Assembly (NCBI GenBank): GCA_964010765.1
Contig: CAXGMD010000052.1
Location: 1 to 24,098 of the forward strand
Source of the DNA: an uncultured bacterium
GTDB lineage: Bacteria; SAR324; NAC60-12
DNA length: 24,098 nucleotides
Reading direction: 5' to 3'
The notes under the pieces were generated by a model that was not told the origin of the DNA, ran no database searches, and saw nothing but the letters and a program-made list of their open reading frames with translations. A program made the position numbers and the translations under genes. This document shows positions 7,952 through 16,374 of this stretch, one piece after another; the first letter of the stretch is position 1; every line of letters starts with the position of its first letter.

Positions 7952-8359
7952 ATGAAGTGTGGAAATTGGTTTGTCGCCGCATTATTACTGCTGAGTTGCT
8001 TCGTTGCTCTTCCGTCCCTACAGGCTCAAAACATGACAGAGGAAGAGGCTGAGGCAGCCCGCATCGAACAACGTTTCCTCACCGAGTTGGAGACCCTGCT
8101 CAAGGCAGCACGTGATGCACAGTTCCCCGAAGAGGAAGTGCGCTCCATCACGGTACAGCGTGAAGGGAAGACGATCAACGCCTTTGAATATCTGGAACAA
8201 GCGAAGCGTCAACAGGCTCGCAAGGAAAGCCGACGTGTGGTGCTGAGGGATCGCTACCTGACAGTTCAGGACATCATGGGTGAACTGAAATCACAGGAGT
8301 CTGGCAAGTTGGACTCACTGCGAGAAGAGCTCGTCTTCATTGGTGCTGAAGAGAAATGA
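7952..8359 (+). CDS. Exported hypothetical protein
   Basis: AAGGAGG before ATG 7952; signal peptide MKCGNWFVAALLLLSCFVALPSLQA; ATGA overlap with the next gene. Confidence 0.8.
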   Translation: MKCGNWFVAALLLLSCFVALPSLQAQNMTEEEAEAARIEQRFLTELETLLKAARDAQFPEEEVRSITVQREGKTINAFEYLEQAKRQQARKESRRVVLRDRYLTVQDIMGELKSQESGKLDSLREELVFIGAEEK

Positions 8360-9075
8360 TCCCGCTGCTCTGCGTAGCTGGTGCCAGAGGAGTGGGCAAG
8401 ACTTCTGTGGCCGTGGCCCTAGTCTCCCTGCTGCAGCAACACCTTGGAAGAGTGATCGCTTGGAAACCATTGGATGTCAATGGTATTGGGTATCAGATTC
8501 AGGACACCGATAGCGATGGGGAACGCCTGCACCGAGCCACTAACATGTCGGAGCACATCAACCTGCTGAATCCCTACTTGCTCAATGAAGACTTGCCTCC
8601 ACTATTAGCAGCACAACGGGACGGTATAAAAGTCGACGAGAAAGTACTGAGTCAGCGTTTAGAGTTGTTACGAAGACGCTCTGATGCAGTGTTGATGGAG
8701 AGCCTTGCTGAATTGTTAAGCCTTTGGACCACCAAGCATAGTGGACTGGAATTGCTGCAACAATGGCAGGCCAGAATCCTCTGGGTTAGTGGAATCGGGC
8801 GTGAGAGCCTGGAGCAGACGCTACAAGCGGTCACCCTACTTCAGCAAGCTGGGATCTCCTGTCAGTTGCTTCTCAACAACACAACCAACGAATTAAACGC
8901 TGATCTGCTCCAGTACCAATGGATGATGCTTGAAGAACGACTTGACCTGCGCGTGCTGGGCCTGCTCCCCTATAGGATCGAAGAAAATCGTCGCAATGCT
9001 AAATGGTTGTCGGACAACCTGGAGACGACTTTTCTCGATCAGTTGCTGCCTCCACCAGTCAGCCCTACTGTCTGA
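8356..9075 (+). CDS. Divergent dethiobiotin synthase (BioD)-like P-loop protein
   Basis: GARGVGKT P-loop, WKP, DSDGERL, NPYLL...PPLLAAQRDG, LLLNN and VLGLLPY in BioD order; EGAGG and LGxINH are not conserved. Confidence 0.75.
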   Translation: MIPLLCVAGARGVGKTSVAVALVSLLQQHLGRVIAWKPLDVNGIGYQIQDTDSDGERLHRATNMSEHINLLNPYLLNEDLPPLLAAQRDGIKVDEKVLSQRLELLRRRSDAVLMESLAELLSLWTTKHSGLELLQQWQARILWVSGIGRESLEQTLQAVTLLQQAGISCQLLLNNTTNELNADLLQYQWMMLEERLDLRVLGLLPYRIEENRRNAKWLSDNLETTFLDQLLPPPVSPTV

Positions 9076-9143
9076 ACACCTCACTTCAGATTCTATGAAA
9101 TTTCACGGCCGGACACCGCCGGCTTGCTCTTGGCAGGACCCCA

Positions 9144-9566
9144 ATGGACGTATTCAAGCGCTATCTGATCATTTTTGTCACCACCAGTACCTTCCTCTAC
9201 TTTTTTGTCATCTGGTATGAGAGTCAGAATCCAGGAGTAGCGGTTCCCCATAATTTGAGCGAGACTGGGGAAGAATCGATTGCAATCAACCTACAGCCCG
9301 AAAATGCTTACGAAAAGTGTGTGCAATTGCAGGCTCGCCAATTTCTGGACTATACTTTTGAAGCCTCAGAGCCACTGGTATTCAATATACATTACCACGT
9401 TGGCAAAGAAGACTTCTACCCGGAGCAACAAACCATTGCCACACTGAAAAGCTCATTTGAAGCCAAGGAGTCCCGGATCTACTGCCTGATGTGGGGTAAC
9501 TCCAGTGACCAGCAGGTTCGCCTGCGCTACGAATTTCGCGCCCGGCCACTAACAGCCTCCAACTGA
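9144..9566 (+). CDS. Membrane-anchored beta-rich hypothetical protein
   Basis: N-terminal TM helix YLIIFVTTSTFLYFFVIWY; periplasmic domain with a Cys pair (YEKC, YCLMWGN) and FNIHYH; CAGGA upstream of ATG. Confidence 0.75.
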   Translation: MDVFKRYLIIFVTTSTFLYFFVIWYESQNPGVAVPHNLSETGEESIAINLQPENAYEKCVQLQARQFLDYTFEASEPLVFNIHYHVGKEDFYPEQQTIATLKSSFEAKESRIYCLMWGNSSDQQVRLRYEFRARPLTASN

Positions 9567-9573
9567 GTGTTGC

Positions 9574-10455
9574 ATGTCCGCACTGACCTTTTTCGCAGGA
9601 GCCCTCGCTGGGGCTCTGACCTGGAATTTCACGGCCCCACTGCTTGAAAAGAAAGCCTGTTTCAACCCCAATCCCAATCAGGATGGACGTTGGGACGTAC
9701 AGCCTGAGGCAGAGGAAATTCGCATCCTGCTGCTCGGAGATACTGGCTCCGGTGATGAGCATCAGCAAGATGTAGCTACTGCCAGTGCTCGCACCTGTGA
9801 CAAGTTGGGCTGTGATCTGGTTCTAATGCTGGGAGACAACTTCATTCAGCATGGCGTCTCCAGCGTTGATGATCCACAGTGGATCAGTAAATTCGAAGAG
9901 ATGTATACCCAGCAGGTGCCTTTCTATCCGATCCTTGGCAATCATGATCTGCAGGGCAAGTGGCGACCCCAAGTAGCCTATACTGAACGCAACAAACGCT
10001 GGCGCATGCCGAATGTCAACTATTCGCTGGTGGCGGGTCCTGCTTACATTCAATGCATCAACACCTCCTGTACGCTTTGTGCGCTCTGGACACTGTTCAA
10101 ACGCAAAGAACGCCCTTGGCGCCTGGTTTGTGGGCATCGTCCGCTAGCCACAGGTGGCAGACATCGAGGCGTGACCTGGCTTGAACGCTTATTGATTGAG
10201 CGTTCTGGGCCCCAGTTCTTTCTATCTGGGCACAACCACATGCTGGAACACCTCAAGATCGGTGAGATTGACCAGGTGGTTGCCGGTGGTGGAGGAAGCC
10301 CGCTCAATCACACTGCCAAAAAACCCAACCCCCACCAGATCTTCCTGCATCTCGGTCATGGCTATGCCTGGATGCATCTGACATCGACCCAAGCCACGGT
10401 ACGCTATTTCGACGACCAAGGTCAGGAAGTCTACCAGTTTACACGAAACGCCTGA
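9574..10455 (+). CDS. Calcineurin-like metallophosphoesterase, purple/tartrate-resistant acid phosphatase type
   Basis: Motifs GDTG, GDNF, GNHD, VCGH, SGHNH in order; hydrophobic N-terminus. Confidence 0.9.
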   Translation: MSALTFFAGALAGALTWNFTAPLLEKKACFNPNPNQDGRWDVQPEAEEIRILLLGDTGSGDEHQQDVATASARTCDKLGCDLVLMLGDNFIQHGVSSVDDPQWISKFEEMYTQQVPFYPILGNHDLQGKWRPQVAYTERNKRWRMPNVNYSLVAGPAYIQCINTSCTLCALWTLFKRKERPWRLVCGHRPLATGGRHRGVTWLERLLIERSGPQFFLSGHNHMLEHLKIGEIDQVVAGGGGSPLNHTAKKPNPHQIFLHLGHGYAWMHLTSTQATVRYFDDQGQEVYQFTRNA

Positions 10456-10499
10456 GGCCGCTTCTCACCACCTGTCTTGTCGCTGTTGAAGGATTTTTT

Positions 10500-11207
10500 A
10501 TGGACACACCACCAACGATTTTTCCACTTTGGGAACTGCCAATGCTGCCTATCGCTGGTCGAGCCGAGCGATTTCCAGTTCACCGCATTTTCTGCATCGG
10601 CCGCAACTACGCAGAGCATGTAAGGGAGATGGGCAATGATCCAGCCGGCAAACCCATTTTTTTCACCAAGCCCTCTTCCAGCTTACGACACAATGGGAAC
10701 CAGATCCCCTACCCACTGGCAACCGAGAATTTTCATCACGAGGTGGAGTTGGTTGTCGCCTTGGACAAGGGAGGCACCAACATTCCCATCGAGCAGGCCC
10801 AGGATCACATCTATGGCTATGCAGTGGGGGTCGATCTGACCCGACGTGATCTACAGGAGATCGCCAAGGCCAAGGGTCAGCCCTGGGACGCCAGCAAAGC
10901 CTTCGATGACTCCGCGCCTTGTTCAGAATTACACGAAGCTGCACAAATAGGGCATCCCAGCCGGGGAGCAATTTGGCTCAGTGTAAACGGTGAAATGCGG
11001 CAGCAAGGAGATCTGAACCAGCTAATCTGGAATGTTCCGGAAATCATCAGTGCTCTCTCTCAGTCTTTCCACCTGCAGGCAGGTGATTTGATCTTCACAG
11101 GTACCCCCTCCGGAGTAGGACCTCTAGAGATTGGAGATCAAGTAGAAGCTGTCGTCGAAGGTATCAGTGTTCTACGCTTCGAGATCGTGGACGTAGCGGA
11201 TGCCTGA
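10500..11207 (+). CDS. Fumarylacetoacetate hydrolase family (acylpyruvase/fumarylpyruvate hydrolase-like)
   Basis: RIFCIGRNYAEH, FFTKP, HHEVELVV, VDLTRRDLQ, PWDASKAFD, GDLIFTGTPSGVG. Confidence 0.95.
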   Translation: MDTPPTIFPLWELPMLPIAGRAERFPVHRIFCIGRNYAEHVREMGNDPAGKPIFFTKPSSSLRHNGNQIPYPLATENFHHEVELVVALDKGGTNIPIEQAQDHIYGYAVGVDLTRRDLQEIAKAKGQPWDASKAFDDSAPCSELHEAAQIGHPSRGAIWLSVNGEMRQQGDLNQLIWNVPEIISALSQSFHLQAGDLIFTGTPSGVGPLEIGDQVEAVVEGISVLRFEIVDVADA

Positions 11208-12549
11208 ACGTGGTGAAGTCGCAATTGTCGGCAGTGGACTAGCTGGATCCGAAGCTGCCTGGCAACTGGCCCAACTCGGTCAGCGGGTAGACCTTTATGA
11301 AATGCGACCACAACGCCCGACTCCAGCCCACAAGACAAGCGACTGTGCCGAACTTGTCTGTAGCAACTCCTTCAAGAGCCGCTCGCTGGAGAATGCGCAC
11401 GGACTACTCAAAGCAGAACTGAATCAGTTCGGCTCCCTCATCCTGCAGACCGCAGAACGCTTTGCTGTGCCAGCTGGGCAGGCCTTGGCGATTGACCGTC
11501 AACCTTTCTCTGCCTCGATCACCCAGCAGCTGTCAAATCACCCAAATATCAAACTGCTACGAGAGGAAGTTGAAGATCTTGGCAAGCTGTTGGATCGTTA
11601 TGCTGCGGTCCTTGTAGCTACCGGCCCGCTGACCTCTGATGCTCTGAGTGAATCACTGCAGCAGTTGATCGGGATCGGGCATCTCTCTTTCTATGACGCA
11701 ATTGCTCCAGTAGTGACAACTGAATCCATCAACTCTCAAGTGGCTTTTCGGGCATCCCGCTATGACAAGGGAGAGGCTGATTATCTCAACTGTCCCTTCT
11801 CCCAGCAGCAGTACGAGGATTTTGTGGCAGCCATCCTGGCGGCGGACAAGGTGCCAATGCACCAGTTTGAGGATGTACGACCCTTCGAAGGTTGCCTGCC
11901 TATCGAGGTAATGGCGGAGCGAGGGCTCGACACTCTGCGCTTTGGCCCAATGAAGCCAGTGGGGCTACCCCATCCAGAAACTGGAGAACTGTTTCACGCC
12001 GTTGTTCAATTACGCCAAGAGAATGCACTAGGAACCCTCTACAATCTGGTTGGCTTCCAAACAAAAATGACTTGGACCGCACAACAACAAATTTTTCGAA
12101 CGATTCCAGGGTTGGAAGAAGCTGAATTTGTCCGCCTGGGTTCCATTCATCGCAACACTTTCCTGAACAGTCCCAAATTGCTGACCAGCCGGCTGCAGTT
12201 GCAGCAAGAGCCCAGGCTGTTCTTTGCTGGTCAGTTGACTGGAGTGGAGGGTTACACAGAATCAACTTCGATGGGATTGGCTGCCGCCTATTTCCTACAC
12301 CACGAACTCCAGGGAGACTCACTCCTAGAGTTGCCTGGCACTACGATGATGGGAGGCCTGATTCGTTACCTGACCACTACGGATCCCAAGCACTTCCAAC
12401 CAATGAACGCCAATTTTGGTCTACTGGAACCCCCTCAGCAACGCATTCCCAAGCCCCAGCGTAAAGCCTGGCTGGCCGAACGAGCCATGAGAGAGCTGCA
12501 GCAGTGGCGGGAGTCCTGCGAACTTAGAGCCTCAGTGACTGCTGTATGA
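11200..12549 (+). CDS. trmFO: Folate/FAD-dependent tRNA m5U54 methyltransferase
   Basis: GSGLAGSEAAWQ, AELVCSNSF, FEGCLPIEVMA, FGPMKPVGL, YNLVGFQT, FAGQLTGVEGY, FQPMNANFG. Confidence 0.97.
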   Translation: MPERGEVAIVGSGLAGSEAAWQLAQLGQRVDLYEMRPQRPTPAHKTSDCAELVCSNSFKSRSLENAHGLLKAELNQFGSLILQTAERFAVPAGQALAIDRQPFSASITQQLSNHPNIKLLREEVEDLGKLLDRYAAVLVATGPLTSDALSESLQQLIGIGHLSFYDAIAPVVTTESINSQVAFRASRYDKGEADYLNCPFSQQQYEDFVAAILAADKVPMHQFEDVRPFEGCLPIEVMAERGLDTLRFGPMKPVGLPHPETGELFHAVVQLRQENALGTLYNLVGFQTKMTWTAQQQIFRTIPGLEEAEFVRLGSIHRNTFLNSPKLLTSRLQLQQEPRLFFAGQLTGVEGYTESTSMGLAAAYFLHHELQGDSLLELPGTTMMGGLIRYLTTTDPKHFQPMNANFGLLEPPQQRIPKPQRKAWLAERAMRELQQWRESCELRASVTAV

Positions 12550-13352
12550 CTTGGTTCGAAGCTTCGATTTTAGGGCTGGTGCAAGGACTGACAGAATTTT
12601 TACCGATCAGCAGTACTGCCCACTTACGGATTGTCCCAGAATTGCTGGGCTGGGAAGATCCCGGTGCGGCTTTCTCCGCTGTGATCCAGCTGGGAACCCT
12701 GCTAGCGGTCCTGCTGTACTTCCGCAAAGACGTACTGGAGTTGATCACTGCGGCCTTGCGGAGTCTCTGGAATCGAAACCTGATGGAGACCCAAAGCTCA
12801 CGGCTTGCGTGGGCGATTGCTGTTGGGAATCTACCAATCATTGTGCTGGGATTGGGATTCAAGGATTTTATCGAGACAGATGCCCGAAGCCTCTGGATCA
12901 TTGGAGGAGCGCTGATTCTCCTCGGCTTGGGACTCTATGCTGCGGAACGCTTCGCCTCTGGCAGTCGTGATGCCAGCCAGCTGAGCTTTCGGCAGATTCA
13001 ATGGATCGGGCTTTGTCAGGCCTTGGCCTTGATTCCAGGTTGTTCCCGCTCTGGCTCAACGATCATGGGGGGTCTGCTTGTGGGTATGGATCGAGCAGAG
13101 GCGGCTCGGTTTTCTTTTCTGCTGGGCTTACCTGCCATCCTGGGAAGTGGACTTTTTCAACTCAAGGCGCTTGCAGAAACAGGTTTGGGAGAATCTGGGC
13201 TCCTCAATATCGGTCTCGGCGTATTCTTCGCATTTCTGAGTGGCTATCTTTCTATTGAATTCCTGCTGCGCTTTCTGCGGCACTATGGCACTCTGCTGTT
13301 TGTGATCTATCGTATTTTGCTGGGAGCAGTGGTCCTGTTCCTGGCTGTCTGA
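12546..13352 (+). CDS. uppP: Undecaprenyl-diphosphate phosphatase (BacA)
   Basis: LGLVQGLTEFLPISSTAH, IQLGT, ALIPGCSRSGSTI, AARFSFLL, FVIYRI. Confidence 0.97.
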   Translation: MTWFEASILGLVQGLTEFLPISSTAHLRIVPELLGWEDPGAAFSAVIQLGTLLAVLLYFRKDVLELITAALRSLWNRNLMETQSSRLAWAIAVGNLPIIVLGLGFKDFIETDARSLWIIGGALILLGLGLYAAERFASGSRDASQLSFRQIQWIGLCQALALIPGCSRSGSTIMGGLLVGMDRAEAARFSFLLGLPAILGSGLFQLKALAETGLGESGLLNIGLGVFFAFLSGYLSIEFLLRFLRHYGTLLFVIYRILLGAVVLFLAV

Positions 13353-13364
13353 GAGAGAAGACCG

Positions 13365-13571
13365 ATGTCCATCACGCGTATGCTGTTATCTTTGAGCCTG
13401 ATTCTAGGTGCCTGTACAACCTTCAATCAGGAAAACTACACGGAGTGCCTCCCCCTAGTCGAAATCGACCGTCAGACAGCCCGAGCGCAGAAAGATTACA
13501 GTTATGATGCCGTCAATTTCAGCTATTGCCGCGCCCCAGCACGCTACAAAAATCAGTTGGAAGAGGAATGA
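13365..13571 (+). CDS. Small lipoprotein
   Basis: MSITRMLLSLSLILGAC lipobox; two further Cys; purine-rich RBS; directly follows uppP. Confidence 0.75.
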   Translation: MSITRMLLSLSLILGACTTFNQENYTECLPLVEIDRQTARAQKDYSYDAVNFSYCRAPARYKNQLEEE

Positions 13572-13608
13572 GCAAAAAATGGTATTATTTGTGGAATAAT
13601 CCATTTGC
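13572..13608 (+). terminator. AT-rich imperfect inverted repeat at operon end
   Basis: AAATGG-T-ATTATT-TGTGG-AATAAT-CCATTT right after the lipoprotein stop; could be a terminator or an operator. Confidence 0.4.
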
Positions 13609-13790
13609 CCTTTGAAATCTGATTTGTTAGGTTGCCCACATACAAAAAATTTAATCATTTCCGCAACAAACTGCTCTTTGGCAAAGACACCCATCTTTTC
13701 CAAATTACATGAGTAGGTGGAATCATTATGAATCCGTCTTTCGGATTTTTTCTTCTTCCCTCATTGAAGAATTTGCCAACAGGAGAACTC

Positions 13791-14429
13791 ATGAAGTTGA
13801 AGAACTTGTTTGCCGCTGGTGCCGCAGTTGTTCTGGGCTTAGGTCTGGCCGCTAGCGTACAAGCCGCCGGTGATCCAGCCAAAGGTCAGGCTCTATATGC
13901 AACCTGTGCTTCCTGCCACGGAGCCAATGGAGAAGGCAACCAAGCCCTCAATGCTCCAGCCATTGCCGGACAGCAAGACTGGTATCTGACCCGACAATTG
14001 AAGAACTATCAGGATGGTATTCGTGGCACACACGCCAAGGATGTTTACGGCATGCAGATGCGTCCAATGTCGATGGTGGTGATGGGTGATGACAAGGTTG
14101 CGGACGTGGTGGCCTACATCACTAGTCTGCCAGATCCGGGAAATACAGCTGTCACGTTAGGTGGTGACCCTGCTGCTGGTCAGGCCAATTACATGGTTTG
14201 TGCCTCCTGCCATGGGATGAAGGGCGAAGGAAATCAAGCCCTCAATTCGCCAAGAATTGCTGGACAATTTGATTGGTACACTCATCGTCAGTTGATGAAC
14301 TGGAAAAATGGAATCCGTGGCACTCACCCAAAAGATATGTATGGTGCTCAGATGGTTGGAATGGCTGCCACACTGCCTGATGAAAATGCAGTTAAGAACG
14401 TTGCCGCTTACATTGCTAACCTGAAGTAG
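13791..14429 (+). CDS. Periplasmic diheme cytochrome c (c4 family)
   Basis: AGGAG before ATG 13791, signal peptide ending VQA, two CASCH motifs each followed by P.IAGQ..WY..RQL and a QM candidate axial ligand. Confidence 0.95.
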   Translation: MKLKNLFAAGAAVVLGLGLAASVQAAGDPAKGQALYATCASCHGANGEGNQALNAPAIAGQQDWYLTRQLKNYQDGIRGTHAKDVYGMQMRPMSMVVMGDDKVADVVAYITSLPDPGNTAVTLGGDPAAGQANYMVCASCHGMKGEGNQALNSPRIAGQFDWYTHRQLMNWKNGIRGTHPKDMYGAQMVGMAATLPDENAVKNVAAYIANLK

Positions 14430-14444
14430 GCTACTCGTCTGGTT

Positions 14445-14473
14445 TCCGGATCTCACTGTGGAGATCCGGATTT
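14445..14473 (+). terminator. Probable intrinsic terminator after cytochrome c4
   Basis: Perfect 10-bp stem TCCGGATCTC-ACTGTG-GAGATCCGGA followed by TTT. Confidence 0.75.
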
Positions 14474-14607
14474 CCCCACCTGTTCGATCATTTATTCTCC
14501 TGCAATTTCTGTTACGACCGATTCCCCACTTGTTCTGATCTGTCTGCTTCGCTATTATTTCGCTCTTTGTCCATTGCTCCATTTCGTTTTTTCTGAAGAG
14601 GTTCCCC

Positions 14608-16302
14608 ATGAGTGACTCTCCACGATCATCTGGTCATCGCAAGTATTCGTCTCAGGTCACAGAAGGTATTGAGCGCGCTGCCAGTCGAGGCATGCTGTAC
14701 GGTGTTGGCTTCCAAAAGTCTGATTTTCAAAAGTCCCAGATTGGCATCGCTTCGACTTGGGGCATGGTCACTCCGTGTAACATGCACATCAACCGCCTGG
14801 CAGAGGATGCAGCCCGAGGCGTAGAGGATGCGGGAGGCAAGGCCATGCAGTTTAACACGATCACGATCAGTGATGGCATTTCGATGGGAACCGAAGGCAT
14901 GAAATACTCCTTGGTTTCCCGGGAAGTGATCGCAGATTCGATTGAAACCGTGATTGGTTGCCAAGCCTATGATGGACTCGTTGCCATCGGTGGTTGCGAT
15001 AAGAATATGCCGGGCTGCATGATCGCTTTGGCTCGGTTGAATCGTCCTGCGATCTTCGTTTATGGCGGCACCATCATGCCAGGTCGGGTGAACAACAAGA
15101 ACGCTGATATCGTCACGATCTTTGAAGCCGTTGGACAGCGTGCTTCAAATAATATCAGCGATGAACAGCTGGAAGAAATTGAAGCCAAGTCGATTCCAGG
15201 TGCAGGATCTTGTGGTGGGATGTACACAGCCAACACGATGGCCTCAGCAATTGAAGCAATGGGGATGAGCCTACCGAACAGCTCCGCCATGGCAGCCATT
15301 TCTCCAGAAAAAGCCGAGGACTGCTTCCGTTCTGGAATTGCAGCACAAAAATTGGTCGAGCAGAACATCTGTCCACGCGACATTATGACCAAGAAGGCTT
15401 TTGAAAATGCAATCACGGTTGTGACGGCTCTTGGTGGCTCAACCAATGCGGTATTGCATCTGCTGGCGATGGCACATGCTGCGGAAGTGGATTTGACCCT
15501 GGAAGACTTTCAGCGGATAGGAGCCAAAACCCCAGTACTGGCCGACCTAAGACCCAGCGGTCGCTTCCTGATGGTCGATCTGGTCAACATTGGTGGCCTA
15601 CAACCACTGCTCAAGCGTCTATTGAACGCTGGCATACTACACGGCGACTGTATGACAGTCACCGGCAAAACCATGGCAGAAAATCTGAAAGGGATCGAAG
15701 ACTATCCAGCAGGACAGGAAGTTGTGATGCCCTTCGACAAACCGATCAAACCCAATGGACATTTGGTCATTTTACGGGGGAATCTGGCTCCAGAAGGTGC
15801 GGTTGCCAAGATCTCCGGTAAAGAAGGTCTCAATTTCTCAGGAACCGCTCGGGTCTTTGATTCTGAGGAAGAAGCTCTTCGGCGAATCCTGGATGGAACG
15901 GTCATCAAGGGAGATGTGATTGTCATTCGTTACGAAGGTCCACGTGGTGCTCCGGGAATGCGTGAGATGCTCTCACCCACATCCGCCATCATGGGCCGTG
16001 GACTTGGTAAGGAGGTGGCTTTGATCACTGACGGACGCTTCTCTGGAGGAAGCCACGGTTTTGTGATCGGCCATGTTACTCCAGAAGCGTATGCTGGAGG
16101 TCCCCTGGCCATCGTACAGGACGGTGATCCGATCACCATTGACGCTGAAAAGTGCCAACTCAACCTAGATCTGCCGGAAGCAGAAATTCAGCGACGCCTA
16201 CAGAACTGGCAAACACCCGCGCCAAGATATGAGCGTGGTGTCTTGGCCAAGTATGCTCGCAGTGTCAGTTCAGCCTCTTTGGGTGCCGTTACTGACCTCT
16301 AG
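14608..16302 (+). CDS. ilvD: Dihydroxy-acid dehydratase
   Basis: [68 protein letters not shown]. Confidence 0.98.
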   Translation: MSDSPRSSGHRKYSSQVTEGIERAASRGMLYGVGFQKSDFQKSQIGIASTWGMVTPCNMHINRLAEDAARGVEDAGGKAMQFNTITISDGISMGTEGMKYSLVSREVIADSIETVIGCQAYDGLVAIGGCDKNMPGCMIALARLNRPAIFVYGGTIMPGRVNNKNADIVTIFEAVGQRASNNISDEQLEEIEAKSIPGAGSCGGMYTANTMASAIEAMGMSLPNSSAMAAISPEKAEDCFRSGIAAQKLVEQNICPRDIMTKKAFENAITVVTALGGSTNAVLHLLAMAHAAEVDLTLEDFQRIGAKTPVLADLRPSGRFLMVDLVNIGGLQPLLKRLLNAGILHGDCMTVTGKTMAENLKGIEDYPAGQEVVMPFDKPIKPNGHLVILRGNLAPEGAVAKISGKEGLNFSGTARVFDSEEEALRRILDGTVIKGDVIVIRYEGPRGAPGMREMLSPTSAIMGRGLGKEVALITDGRFSGGSHGFVIGHVTPEAYAGGPLAIVQDGDPITIDAEKCQLNLDLPEAEIQRRLQNWQTPAPRYERGVLAKYARSVSSASLGAVTDL

Positions 16303-16374
16303 GCTTAATCTTCAAGCAGCTGGAGATGTTATCACCTCATCCGGCTGCATCTTCCTTCGCTCATTCTCCTACAA

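Noticed and set aside
13350..13367. In-frame UGA junction uppP to lipoprotein (likewise hslO to MFS at 22761-22772)
   Set aside because: Both partners are complete proteins with their own starts; no SECIS seen; one-in-three chance event.
13624..13645. Rex-like site upstream of cytochrome c4
   Set aside because: Only the outer TTGT/ACA bases match TTGTGAA-N4-TTCACAA.
14458..14607. Ile/Leu/Val attenuator leader before ilvD
   Set aside because: Leu/Ile-rich frames exist but follow from pyrimidine richness; no ATG with RBS and no terminator/antiterminator pair downstream.
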